Assembly (NCBI RefSeq): GCF_009914755.1
Contig: NC_060930.1
Direction: 5' to 3' (one strand)
Length of the DNA stretch: 64,000 bases
Source: the human T2T-CHM13v2.0 reference genome, Homo sapiens
Of the stretch, positions 15,502 through 36,966 are shown piece after piece; position 1 is the first letter of the stretch, and every line of letters begins with the position of its first letter. The notes beneath the pieces are model-generated. The model saw only the letters and a list, made by a program, of their open reading frames with translations. It was not told the origin of the DNA and searched no databases. A program made the position numbers and the translations under genes.

Positions 15502-15939
15502 CTAGAAAAAAAAAAAAAGAATTTCTTTTAATACCATTGCTTCAAAGGAAGACATCTATAACATAAACGATGTAGAAAATGTTACATCTACAAATGACTG
15601 ATGCAAATGACCATACATCTATAAACATTCAAAACTACATTTCATCACATTTCAAATGAGTATGGAAACTGCACACAGTCATGTTGTTTCAGACAGATAA
15701 AACCTTTTTATGAAATATGCCTTTTAAAATAACCACTTTGGAGGTAAAATATGCCCAGGAAAAAAATAAAATAATACTCTGACTCAATACTTAAATATTT
15801 ATATCACTTGTTATGCCATAATGAAGCATTCCTGCCTTGATACTAATTTCTAGAAATGCTATTTTAATCCATTAATGTAGGAATACTAACTGACTCCCTT
15901 ACAGTTCTCCACAGATGCACGGCACATACAAAAACTTAC

Positions 15940-16015
15940 TGGAGGAGAAGGGTTGGCATTCATAAGCTCAGGCTCCTGAGGTTGGGAGATCTTCAAGATG
16001 GACTGAACTTCAGGG
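15940..16015 (-). CDS. SGK1: SGK1 exon 3 (PEVQSILKISQPQEPELMNANPSPP, 76 nt)
   Basis: tgcag| acceptor, CCA|gtaag donor, frame continuous. Confidence 0.98.
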
Positions 16016-16050
16016 CTGCAGGGAATAAAGGGCACGATTTAGAATCCAGC

Positions 16051-16069
16051 TCGCCACTAGGGGGCACAC
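16051..16069 (+). promoter_or_regulatory. CTCF motif tcgCCACTAGGGGGCAcac in SGK1 intron 2
   Basis: Near-perfect match to CCASYAGRKGGCR core. Confidence 0.7.
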
Positions 16070-16445
16070 CAACATCAAAAGTGAGTTTCTGGCTCTACCG
16101 ACTTCTACCCGGATAATTCACTGTTTAAACTGAAAATACCCCAATACATTAGTCAGTTAAAGAAAATAATAAACCCCATTAAATACAGAAATAAGGATTG
16201 TTGCTCATGGAGAAAGGCCGTGAATTCGGCCAACACGAACCATTTATCTTACATCTCCAGTTCAAGCCAAATCAGCAAATTAACTTTAATGTTTAAAATG
16301 TGTCAAATATATTAGAATTTAAGGAGAAATGAGATCCCCACCCCAGAAGAAGTCTTCGCCTTCCCGATAAACGCCGTGATGAGAATGTTTACCGCTGGCA
16401 AATTCAAACTATACTAGTTATTTCCTCAAATCCGGTCAAACTTAC

Positions 16446-16521
16446 TGTTTGCATGCATAGGAGTTATTGGCAATCTTCTGAATAAAGTCGTTCAGACCCA
16501 TCCTCCTCTGCTTCATGAAAG
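16446..16521 (-). CDS. SGK1: SGK1 common exon 2 (AFMKQRRMGLNDFIQKIANNSYACKH, 76 nt)
   Basis: cacag| acceptor, CA|gtaag donor; reads in frame after every alternative upstream exon. Confidence 0.98.
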
Positions 16522-16666
16522 CTGTGGATGAAGGAGGAGAAATAAAGAAACGTTTAGACGGCTTCATAACGTCCGGCGCCACACACACTAATCTGATCCG
16601 GGACTTTCAAAAAATTTCCACTTTGCGTCTCCTGGAGCAGAAGTCCCGCAAGATTCCTGCACTCAC

Positions 16667-16742
16667 CGATGAGAATTGCCACCATGCCCCTCATCCTGGA
16701 GTAAGTGAGGGTGCCCTTAGCAGCCTCAGTTTTCACCGTCAT
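16667..16742 (-). CDS. SGK1: SGK1 canonical first coding exon (MTVKTEAAKGTLTYSRMRGMVAILI, 76 nt), contains hydrophobic GMVAIL degron
   Basis: ATG at 16742; translation matches SGK1 N-terminus; donor G|GTGAGT at 16666; phase 1. Confidence 0.98.
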
Positions 16743-16820
16743 CACCACCGCGGGGAGACAGAAAGACGTTAGCGCTCAAAGACCGGCTCGGCGTATGCTG
16801 CGCCAGGCCGCGCGCTCGGC

Positions 16821-16910
16821 CTTATAAAAAAGGCACCGCCGCGGGGGCGGGGCCTGCGCGACAGTGAGAAGTGGCCCCGCCCTTCGCCTCGCCCCTCGCC
16901 CCGCCCCGAC
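16821..16910 (-). promoter_or_regulatory. Core promoter of canonical exon 1: TATA-like box (TTTTTATAAG) plus Sp1 GC boxes
   Basis: AT-rich island 16822-16831 ~80 nt upstream of ATG; GGGGCGGGGC at 16844-16853 and further GC boxes 16875-16907. Confidence 0.8.
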
Positions 16911-17478
16911 CGCCTCGCGGTTTGCTGGCGGCTACGCTGCCTGCGGCGGGCGGTTCTGTCCCCATTGAGAGGGCGAGCCCCGGGCGGGGGCGCGAGGACC
17001 GCCCGGGGACGGCCTGGCGCAGGGCCGTTATCAGTCTCCATCGGCTCCTGGGGCAGGAGAGAGAGAACGCGCCGGCGGAGGGCGCGGGGAGGGCCGGAGA
17101 GCCCGGGGTAGTTTTCCACCTCTCTCATTTATTCCGCCGCCGGAGAAAGCCGGGTTCGCAGCGCCGAAGCGCTTCCCGGCGGGTGCGCGGCGGCCACGGT
17201 GGCTTCGCTCACTGTCCCTGCAGATACCCTCTCCCCGGCCAGGCGCCGTCCTGCGGCCGGACTCCCACCCTCCTCCCCAACCCGAGCCGGCGGTGCGCGC
17301 CACCCTCCGGGGTTTATCCCTGGGGCGCAGGCCTGCGCGCGCGACCTCGCCCGCCAGGTCCTCCCGTTCCCGCCGCCGGGACCCCGGCCCCGAGAACTCC
17401 GACGAAAGCCGGCCCCTGCCTCCAAGCCGCTCTGGGGAAGTGAGCCAAGCCCCCAGCGGGGCCGGCGGCGGCGCTTAC

Positions 17479-17596
17479 CCAGTCCGCTCAGCAGGAAGGA
17501 CTCGCTCCTTTTCTGCGCCTCGGCCCTCTTTTTGTGGCGGGGCCGCAGCAGGGACTCGAGCCGGGCTCTGGCCAGCGCGCCCTGCATCTCCCCCAT
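17479..17596 (-). CDS. SGK1: SGK1 alternative first coding exon (MGEMQGALARARLESLLRPRHKKRAEAQKRSESFLLSGL), gives 445-aa isoform
   Basis: ATG 17596; CTG G|gtaagc donor in phase 1, compatible with exon 2; matches recalled SGK1 isoform N-terminus. Confidence 0.92.
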
Positions 17597-17670
17597 GGGC
17601 AGCGGGCGGCGGGGCGCGCGGCAGACGAGAGCGACCGGCGAGCACTGACGTTTCCTTGAAGGAGCCGCCG

Positions 17671-17677
17671 TGACTCA
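17671..17677. promoter_or_regulatory. AP-1 site TGACTCA (half-CRE TGACG at 17646-17650)
   Basis: Exact consensus just upstream of the MGEMQG first exon. Confidence 0.55.
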
Positions 17678-17958
17678 GGCCGGGCAAGATTTCCTGCCCC
17701 GAGTCCCAAAACAAACAAATGGCCCTTGTGCACGGTCGGGTCGCTTCCGAAAACGCCTTTTTTGTGCTTTTGGCCAAAACCAAGCAAGGCTGAAAAATCC
17801 CAGAACTTGGAAGAGGAGGAAGGAAGGAAAGAAAGAGGGAAAAGGGGGAGGGAGAGGTCAGGAATGTGGAGGGGAGGGGGCGGAAATAAAAGTCGTCTCT
17901 GCACTAAAGGAAGAAGTACAATCTGCATTTCACTTTTTTTTTTCTGAAGTAATCTCTG

Positions 17959-17973
17959 AGAACATTTTGTCCG
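17959..17973. promoter_or_regulatory. Glucocorticoid/mineralocorticoid/androgen response element AGAACAtttTGTCCG
   Basis: Perfect AGAACA half-site, 3-nt spacer, TGTCCG; ~1.15 kb upstream of the canonical start, matching the known SGK1 GRE. Confidence 0.92.
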
Positions 17974-18868
17974 TTCCGCATGTAATTTTTTTCCTTGCAT
18001 TTTTAATCTCTGCCATGCCAAGAACACGTGAGGAGGTAACAAGCGAAGGGAGGGGTAGCTTTGCCCGGGGGCAGACCTGGCGTGAACCGGGCATCCTCGA
18101 TTCCTCTGTGGGGCCTGCTCCTCTCCCGCTGTCCCACCTGAAAACCCTGCAGGTCATGATACATGGTCTTAAAATCGTCCCTACCCTCCCTGGGTTTAAC
18201 TCAAGGCTGCCCCAGGGCTTCTTAGTTTTGCCACCTCGCTCGCTCTTTATGTGAGTCCCACATAAACTGTGACTTTATCCTGAAAGATTAGCCGGGTGAC
18301 TCCGCTGCAGAAGGCAGGGAAGAGAGGGAAGCTCGAGGCGGCGGCCCGGGCTCTGCAGAACAGCGATGCCGGTGCCTTCCAGTAACCCCGCGGCTGGGGG
18401 ATGTCTGGGAGCCGCAGCCTGACCGCCGGCGCGGGGACGTGAGCCAGTGCTGGCCGGGAAGCCGCGAGCACAGCGACTGGGCCCGGAGCGGGCAGTTACA
18501 AGTTACCACTATTCGCAGGGCCAGGTACCTGGCGCTCGCTGTTGCTGTCTGCGGTGGCTGCCCTGCCATGACCTCTTGCTACCAAAGGCTCTGCCATTTT
18601 AAAGTTGCCTACTGGATCTGGCACAGTCCCGAAATACCAGCTGTCAAACCAGGAATAGCATGTGAAACGCCTTTTCCTTGGTCTTGGGCAGGGGTTTGTT
18701 TTGCAGGCAAAACCACCCCCACTTGCCCTAAAGTGAGCTCTAGTCTCAACTCCTTGGTTTGCTTTGTTGCAACAGCCCCAAACCGAGAGAAGGGAAACAC
18801 ATTCTCTCTCCTGGAGTCTGGCTGGGAAAGTTTGCTCAGTGCCCACACTTATAAAAAGCATTTACTGG

Positions 18869-19222
<354 letters not shown>

Positions 19223-19596
19223 CTAAAGCAATGTTTAGGCAATTTCAAATCACAGTAACTGGCCCATGTCTGCTTCCTCTTGCAGGGAATCTTCATAGAA
19301 TGTGACTTTGTTATTGCCAGTGCCACCCGTATGTCATGTCCCACCATTCAACTAGCCTAGCCCAGCCTAGCTCTGCTCCCACCTGGTTCCTTTCCCTCTT
19401 GAGAGAGCAAATTTTGCTCAGGCTGCCCAGAAACATCAACCTGCACACAGACTTTTGCATGTTTGTTTTCAAACATTAAATTAAGAAACCTACAACCAGA
19501 GACCCTCTCCTACACCCCACCTTATGTGCCTTCCCCATGCCAAGTAACCCCAAATCCTTTGAGGCATCTGCAAAATATAGTACGGTAAGTACGAAC

Positions 19597-19756
19597 CTTT
19601 CAAAGGGGGTTTTATAGCTTCTTCTTTCATTCTTCGGGTTGCCCAAGGATATGCAGGTTGGGGATTACTTCTGGAGGCTGGAGGTAGAGCCCAGTTATGG
19701 CTGGAATAAGCCTCCCTGCTACATGCCTCTGATAAGCTGGAACTCTGAGATGACAT
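19597..19756 (-). CDS. SGK1: SGK1 alternative first coding exon (MSSQSSSLSEACSREAY...EAIKPPLK), gives 459-aa isoform
   Basis: ATG 19756; AAA G|gttcgt donor (weak) in phase 1; TATAAA ~50 nt upstream; matches recalled isoform. Confidence 0.9.
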
Positions 19757-19804
19757 GAGAGCACGAGCCAGAGACGGCTATCCCTGTTCTGTTATGAACC
19801 CCAC

Positions 19805-19810
19805 TTTATA
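19805..19810 (-). promoter_or_regulatory. TATA box (TATAAA) of the MSSQSS first exon
   Basis: Minus-strand gaTATAAAgt ~50 nt upstream of ATG 19756. Confidence 0.65.
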
Positions 19811-21879
19811 TCAAGGCAATTTAAGTACAGGAAGGGAGCAAGCTGCAAAGTTCAACACTGGGCCATTTATTCTCCCCATTGCGACATCACTCAGAAAATT
19901 ACAGTCATCAGTGTCCTAGCTTTATTACACCCCCAGCACGCACACAAGAAATGTAACTTAACTGATTATCCTCACAAATCAGTCCGGAAAAAATTCAAAA
20001 CACATGCACAGGATTTATTTTCTCAGAGGCTCTGTGGCATGCATTCCGGGAGGAACGTGGCATTCAGGTCGGAGGGTTCTACGCGGAATAGAGAATAGAT
20101 GCAACCGTATGATTTGTGGTTGGAAAAGAAAGGGAACGTCTGATGTGCTCCTTCCTCCCCTACCCTAATGTTCAGCACTTGGAGACGGATGGTCGGCTAA
20201 ACTTATCATTTAACCGAGAGAATCAAGTTGTTGAGACTGGCTTTTCTTCCAACCGGATACGTGATGGGTGGAGCAGGCGCCCCCTGTTCTGTCCCAGCAA
20301 CCTACTAAGACTTCCGAACAGGAAGGTGACACACGGCGGAGGGGTGCTTGAGGGGAGGGGGAGACGGGGGAGCTGTGTGTGACGCGCGCCTGTTAACACT
20401 GCACAGGCATTAGGTTGCCCTGTAGCTGCTATTCAAACTCTTGATCTGTTCTTCCTTCCTGTCGCCAGCCTCTTTCTTTGGTCCAGATAGTCCTCCTACT
20501 GGGAGGAATCCGGCCCCTTTCCTCATACTCCCTGGTGGCGAAGTGGTCCGAGTAGCCTCCCGAACTGTTTGTAAATGCAACCTAGAGGGCGATCGAGTTC
20601 TCTGGGAGAACTTGCTCCATATACGCGTATACGCGGCTTCCCCCACTTGCCTCCTGAGGTTCTATTGGTCCAGGGAATTTCTCTACAACACCTTGTGCAG
20701 TCATAGAAAATATAGACGGCTTGATAGGAGATAGGCTAATTACCTCCCCACTCCTCCAAGCGAATTGTCTCACATTTATGTCTCGGTGCTGGGAAAACTG
20801 CAGTCAAAACCCTCAAGTAGGAATGACTGACCAGGATGAAAAGTTTGCACTGAAACTAAACGTTTCCCAGTGCATGTGCATTTTAATGCTTCAGAAAAAA
20901 TTTTTTCACTCTTCTATTTTATTTTTTTATTTCTTTATTTGTCACTCTATAGTCTGATGGACTATAAATGCTAAAACCTGAGAGCTTCACAAAGATATGA
21001 CTTTTTCCATTTAATTTTAAAAGGCTTATAAATTATTGATATTTCTCAACATATTAGAGAAAATATTTTGAAAAATATTTTTTATAAGGACTTAACCATA
21101 TTCACTCTTAAGACACTTCTTAAATGTATCAGCTGTAATTGTCATGATTCCCCGGGTATGTTATCTTCCATTGATAACAAGGCAATATAATTGTTTCATA
21201 TTGTTCAAAGTACCATCAATTTTAGAACAATCCTATGAAGAGTTTAAGTTCCCATACTTTTTGATTCATTGTTTGATGCTCACAGAAACCTTTCCCTGGA
21301 ACACCCTCAAAAAAGCTCATAGAAATACCAGAAAACATAATTATTATAATTATAGAAAACATAATTATTACTCTAGAGAGAAACTGAATGGATCAGTTTT
21401 TGTTGAAGGTTGTCAGCAAAGGCATGTCTTTTTTTTTTTTTTTTTTTACAGAAAATGATGATGACAAATGAGTTTATTCATTATAGCTATTATAGACAAG
21501 TCACTGGCAATGGTGGTTATTTAAATGTCTATTTATAGACACAGGTTGTATAGTAATTATTACCTTCCATATTCATAATTGTCAAATTTGACATGCAAAA
21601 AGATGTGATACAGTAGATAACTAAGAGAACACTATCTCTAATCATAGTGTTAAAAGTTATTAAAACCCACAAAACTAATTATTTCATTTATCGCAGGGTT
21701 TATATTTTTTCCAAGACAGAGGTGATAATATTCTACACCCATTCCTTCTAAAAAGTGAGCCCATAGGAAAATTGACGGGAGGGTAGGAACAAGATTTGGT
21801 AGTAAATTTTTTATGTCATTCAGGGGATAAATTAAAGAGAAGCCAGTGGGAATACTTGACATGGGAGGAATGAGAAGCT

Positions 21880-26914
<5,035 letters not shown>

Positions 26915-27484
26915 CGGAATAATTATCTATATTATTTGCCACATCATCCCTGGTGCCCAGGAGAGGGCCTAGCCCACAGGAAGTGCTTGAGAAATAAAAT
27001 GCTTTCATAATGGTTTGCATTAAACCCCCTCTATGGACGATATCATATGAATTTGGCTTATAGAAAAGTATGCCATTGTAACCTGTTTTACTCTTGTCAT
27101 CCAACCAACTTTCCTCAAGAACTTTAGAACTTTTCTTCCTGCCAGGGGATGACACAGTCACCTCATAGACTGTTTTCTTTCTGTCTTGCAGCCATGAAGT
27201 TCTCCATAATTTTTGTATTGCCAGAAAGCCTGAATGAACATTTAGCACAACCCCCTTCTACTTTATATCCCTTTATATCCTCCCAAAATAGCCTTCTCTA
27301 CACAACGATAAGGACTTGATAAAAGGGCCCCTATTGTGCAGTCCCAGCCTGGACAAAGTAGTTTTAAAGCCATAGCAGAATGGCCATCAGGTTGTCAGAA
27401 ATGACAAAAGCCACAGCACATATGCAAGTGGTACAAATGCTTAGTGCCAAGTTAAGATATGAAACTACACTTTCATATCTCTAT

Positions 27485-27486
<2 letters not shown>

Positions 27487-27530
<44 letters not shown>
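27487..27530. repeat. (TG)n microsatellite, ~21 units
   Basis: Direct read. Confidence 0.97.
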
Positions 27531-27532
<2 letters not shown>

Positions 27533-28072
27533 TAGTTTTCTGGAGAGACAAAACCAATAGGATATATCTAGAGGGAGACAGAGAAAGAGATGGAGAAAGA
27601 GAAAGAGAAGAGAGGAGATTTATTAGGGGAATTGGCTCATACAATTATGAAAGCTGAGAAATCCCATGGCAGGCTGTCTGCAAGCTGGAGACCCTGGGAT
27701 GCCACTAGCATGGCTCAGTCCAAATCTGAAGAACTGAGAATCCGGGGGCTGCTGGTGTAAGTCCTAGCGTCCAAAGGCCAAAGGCTGGAGAACCTGATGT
27801 CCGAAGGCCGGAGAAGAAGCATGTATCCCAGTTCCAGGAGAGTGAGTGACCTACCCACGGTTCTATCTAGGCTCCCAAGCGATTGGACACTACCCCCCAC
27901 ACCCCCCTGTCCCCGCATTAGTGGGGGCGGGTCTTTTCTACTTAGTCCACCCAGACTCACACATCAGTCTCCTTTGGAGGCACCCTTAAGGCCACACCCC
28001 AAAATAATGCTTTGCCAGTTCTCTACGTATTCCTTAATCCAGTCAAGTTGACACTTAAAATTAACCATCACA
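27528..28072 (-). mobile_element. MLT2-family LTR (3' LTR of an ERV-L provirus)
   Basis: tgtattag...gaattggctcatacaattatg...aatccagtcaagttgacacttaaaattaaccatcaca termini typical of MLT2. Confidence 0.85.
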
Positions 28073-30440
<2,368 letters not shown>

Positions 30441-30619
30441 TGTGTGATTTTGTGATTTTATATATAGAGATATATACATGTATGATAGCATCAGTAATTC
30501 AGCGGTGTTACCCATAGCATGAGGGTATGACACACAGGCTTCACCTCACACAGAGACATGAAAACAATAATCCACCAACTTCATACTAAGCAATAAACAC
30601 TAAGATTTTTATTTCCTGA

Positions 30620-30964
<345 letters not shown>

Positions 30965-31807
30965 TGAGCCACTCACGCAACCCAGAAAATTTTTTTTTAC
31001 AGACACTTTTTATAAAACTATTTGTTTCTCAGTTGTGATTATAGAATCCCTTTAACAAATAAGATTAGTTATCCCCAGAGGATTGTTTGATGGTTTGGGG
31101 CCAAGCATTTCAGATACTGCATATTAACTACCTCTTTTATACAGGTGTGTGTGTGTGTGTGTGTGTGTGCGTGTGCGTGTGCATGTGTGTATATATAAAT
31201 ATACACATATATTTTTGTGTGTCTGATAACACCAACTTTGTTCCCTAATCATCATTTCACAGAAGATACAAATGGAATCTAAAAGAATGAAAATAAGCTT
31301 TTGTATAAGACCACAAGAAAATTACAGAGAATAAATGAAACAGATGTGAGCAAAAGATGGGGATCATAATGTCTGACCTTATAAACTACATAAACATGGT
31401 TACTTCAAGAAGCTACTACTATAATATTACTTATTATTTGTTTATACAATTTTGCTTAAAATTACATCGTACTCTCTACTTATTTAGAGCAAATGATTGT
31501 GCCAAATAGATAAGACTATTTCCATCAATTAGTATCTACAATTATTCTATTTCACAACTCATAAAGTGTTGCTTAAAAATCTAATTCCTTAGAGCACAAG
31601 CACAAATCATCACAATAGACCTAGTTAAAGTTCATTCTTCAAATCGTGTTGTTTATATACCTTATTATATACTAACATAAATCCAGTTTAGCAAGGTATT
31701 TAATAAGCCCTGACTTTCCTTTTTAAAAGCAGAAGTATTCCCTTTTCTCTCTTTACCACATTGTAAGTACTGTTTTTTTTTGGTTGTTTTTTGTTTGTTT
31801 GTTTTGA

Positions 31808-31915
<108 letters not shown>

Positions 31916-32248
31916 TAGCTGGGATTACAAGCACGCGCCACCATGCCCAGCTAATTTTTGTATTTTTAGTAGAGACATGGTTTCACCATGTTGGCCAGGC
32001 TGGTCTTAAACTCCTGACCTCAAGTGATCGGCCCGCCTTGGCCTCCCAAAGTGCTGGAATTACAGGCGTGAGCCACTGCACCTGGCCCTAAGTACTGTTT
32101 TTATATCTACAATCTGCTCCTATATTCATAACTGATGGCCCTTTGACTTTTCCTTCTATAGTGGGAAAACAACAATCAAAGAGCAGAAATGGGGCCCTGT
32201 CATACATAGTTCCTTCCTTCCTTCCTTTTTTTTTTTTTTTTGAGATAG

Positions 32249-32542
<294 letters not shown>

Positions 32543-33540
32543 TAACACCCCTTGTCACTGTTCTCTTCCCACCTCCCATTATCTTTTCTTAGGGCTTTGA
32601 TTTTCTTGAGGATTATAGGTTTTTAAAAGGTTGAAAGGGACCTTGCAAAATCCCTCAGGACTGCTATTCCTTTTCTATCTCTTCTTAAAAATAATGTTAA
32701 AGAATTAATATTACATACATTACAAATATTAGAAAGTACATTTACATAAGATGTGAAAGAGGCATACGATGGTAACAGACACACTAGACTTAGCTGGATT
32801 ACTTCTAGGAATAATAGTAAGTGTCTAAAACAGGTTGCCTTGTTAGAACATGATACTACTGAATCTGAGTGCTTATCTTCCTCATATGTGCCAATTATGT
32901 TTTTGTCGAAGAGCAATCCTTTCTGATTTTCGCAGACTGCTTTCTGATTATTTGTCTCACAAAGAGACTGGGTAAAAGCATGTGGCTTTATTTTTGCCAT
33001 TTCTAAAAATAACCCAACAGCTATGCTGTGCACTGCTCACCTTAGCACTATTGTATTCATGTGTTTATGTGTATAAAGGACAGTTCATAGTCAGCATATT
33101 CAATGCTTTTCTCCCTCTTTGTTTTAAAGTTCAAAGTTACTGTCTACACGAAAGTTGGGGTATTTCACCACTAGCCTCATTTTATGCTATTCATAAAATC
33201 ATGAGCAGACTTTTTACCAAGGGCAAAAAAATCTTAAGAAACAGGAACATCCCCCTTCCCCCATACAATATTCCTGACAACCATTTATTAAGGTCTTTCT
33301 CTAATCTTTCGCTGGAATCACCTCTACTTCCCAAACCATCTCTACCACTGTCAACTAGCATCAATCGTTAAAGTTCTTCGTTAGGCTGTGATCAAATATC
33401 CTCATGAAGGTTTTTTAAGGAGTAGCTCTTCTACACATTCTCAAGGCGGGTACTACAGTGGTGCTAAGGACATACCTATCAGCGAAATGAACATGTTCTC
33501 TTTAAGTTCCACAGTTAAGTCCACCTATTATAATAGCTGA

Positions 33541-34262
<722 letters not shown>

Positions 34263-34471
34263 TAAGAGGAAAGGTCAGGATTTCGTGAGCTGCATTGTTC
34301 ACTGACATCTACTTTAACGACTCCAGCCCAGCCTGAGCTAATCTTTTCCTAAATCCTTTGCATTTTCTTTCTACTGTCAATTTACACCTTAACAAAATAA
34401 AGGAGTTTTAGAGTAAGATAGAATCAAGTTCAATCAACTCTCTTGAATTCGCTGGGGACCCTCTGCTCTAA

Positions 34472-34821
<350 letters not shown>

Positions 34822-35195
34822 TAACCCCTTATTTCCTACCCTTCACCTGCACCTCTTTGAGGGCCATTTCATTCCTGGAATAGCCTGTTTTCATTATTAG
34901 TTATGGGCCTATTTTCCTTACTATGTACAATTTTAAAGTCATAAAATAATTTTTCTTCAGATGTTAAAAATTGTGTTTACATTTAACCAAATAAAACACT
35001 TGTTATTAAGGGCATATGTTCAAAAATCTTCTTTTCCATTTATTTTCTCTAAGTCAGGCATATAAGCTGATATCATGTCTTACATATTTTAAACTAAATT
35101 TGACCTGAAGTCACCTCTGTTCCTTGAATCTCTACCTGATTGCAGCTCAGCTTAGTATGTTCACAAACTGAAAACCTAATTTAGGAGTACGTTAT

Positions 35196-36310
35196 AAGTC
35201 CTCACTAAAAATGGTAGCTAGGTTCTTAGATATTGTAACTTTAAGTGAAATAAAGTATAAGGAAACCAATTTCACCATAAGCTAATTGATATAATGAGGA
35301 ATTAACTTCCTATTGCATACTTATGGACATAAAAACATCACATAACTTCTAAATAAAGACCAAAACACTTCAAATACTGAACATTGAAATAAATTCCCGG
35401 TCTTGCCCAGGTGATCTCATCTCAGCCTCCCAAGTAGCTGGGACTACAGGGATCTTCTCCCTTTGTTTTTTTTCTAGCCCCACTTCCAGTTTGTTTCCAC
35501 AGTACTTAGAGTGAGTTGCTGTTGTTTTTCTTCTTTGTTCTGTTCTCTCTTTATTTTCTTATGTTCCTTCCTGCACACTGAAGTTGCTGTTGTTTTAGAT
35601 TTTCTTTTTTTGAGTGAGATCTTCTCACTCAGTCACCTGGCTGGAGCGATTAATAGCTGACTCTGGGTACAGTGCCTAAGCTAGCCTTGCTCTGCAAGGA
35701 ACAGTTAAAAAAGAAAAGAAAGGAGAGGAGAGGGGAGGGGAGAAGGGAGGAGAGGGGAGGGGAGAAGGGAGGAGAGGGGAGGGGAGAAGGGAGGAGAGGG
35801 GAGGGGAGGGGAGGGGAGGGGAGGAGAAGGGAGGGGAGGGGAGGGGAGGGGAGGAGAAGGGAGGGGAGGGGAGGGGAGGAGAAGGGAGGGGAGGAGAGGG
35901 GAGGGGAGGGAAGGGAGGGGAGGAGAAGGGAGGGGAGGGAAGGGGAGGGGAGGGGAGGGGAAAAATTAATAAAAACTAAGATAACTATTTACCCAATGAT
36001 TCCACTTGAGGGTGGTAGACAACCCAAGCTTATCCTGGCAGCTCAGGGAACAAGGTGACACCAACCTTGGACAGGAGTCCGTCCCATCCTCAAGGCACAC
36101 TCACACTCACACCCACACTCATGCTCACTCAGACTGGGACAACGTGAACACGCCAATGAACCTCAACATGCATATCTTTGGGATGTGGGAGGAAAGTGGA
36201 GTTACATGGAGAAAACCTACAAAGACATGAAGAGAAAGTGTGAACTTTACACAGACTGTGGCCCCAGCTGGAAATCTTTTTTTTTTTTTCTCATCAATGT
36301 TATAACGACA
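35196..36310 (-). mobile_element. MER6A-like Tigger-family DNA transposon, itself interrupted (35394-35960)
   Basis: agtcctcact...ttctaaataaagaccaaaacacttc and ctttgggatgtgggaggaaa...ctgtggcccc...ctcatcaatgttataac match recalled MER6. Confidence 0.8.
35716..35960 (+). repeat. (GGGGA/GGAGA)n pure-purine tract, ~245 nt
   Basis: Direct read. Confidence 0.97.
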
Positions 36311-36864
36311 TGCTATATATATTTTTGTTACAACTAGCTGAGTCTCAGCCAATCACAGCAACCAAACTTCAGCTAATCACAGCAACTGAGCTTCAGCCAA
36401 TCACAGGATGCCAACTGATCAGACGATGCCCAAATAAGGCAAATTTGGAGCTTTAACCAGTCAAGCTGTTTGTGTACCTCACTTCCAGTTCTGTCTATAA
36501 ATGCTCCCTGTCCACCTATTTGCCCAGTGGAACTCTCTGAGCCTCCTTTGGTTCTGAGGGCTGCTTGATTGGAGAATCATTCTTTGCTCAAATAAGCTGT
36601 TAAATTCAATTTGTCAAAAGTTTTTCTTTTTTTTTTTTTTTTTGAGACGGAGTCTCGCTCCGTTACCCAGGCTGGAGTGCAGTGGCACGATCTCGGCTCG
36701 CTGCAACCTCCGCCGCCTCCCGGGTTCAAGTGATTCTCCTGCCTCAGTCTCCTGAGTAGCTGGGATTACAGGCGCACACCACCATACCTGGCTAATTTTT
36801 ATACTTTTTGGTAGAGACGAGGTTTCACCATGTCGGCCAGGCTGGTCTTGAAGTCCTTACCTCA

Positions 36865-36966
<102 letters not shown>

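Larger units (their letters stand above)
16550..18560. promoter_or_regulatory. CpG island / SGK1 proximal promoter region
   Basis: High GC and abundant CpG in 16550-17760 and 18230-18560, against CpG-depleted flanks. Confidence 0.92.

Noticed and set aside
16743-16748. In-frame GTG GTG before the canonical ATG
   Set aside because: Would add only two residues; no evidence of use
21330-21370. 17-bp direct repeat agaaaacataattatta (similar 26-bp repeat at 28305-28360)
   Set aside because: Ordinary slippage duplications in AT-rich DNA
32623-33371. Two 129-136 aa ORFs in AT-rich unique DNA
   Set aside because: No recognisable domain or exon structure; consistent with chance
33488-33499. tgaacatgttct as a GRE (also agaacattgtct at ~8336)
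   Set aside because: Half-sites lack the required 3-nt spacer
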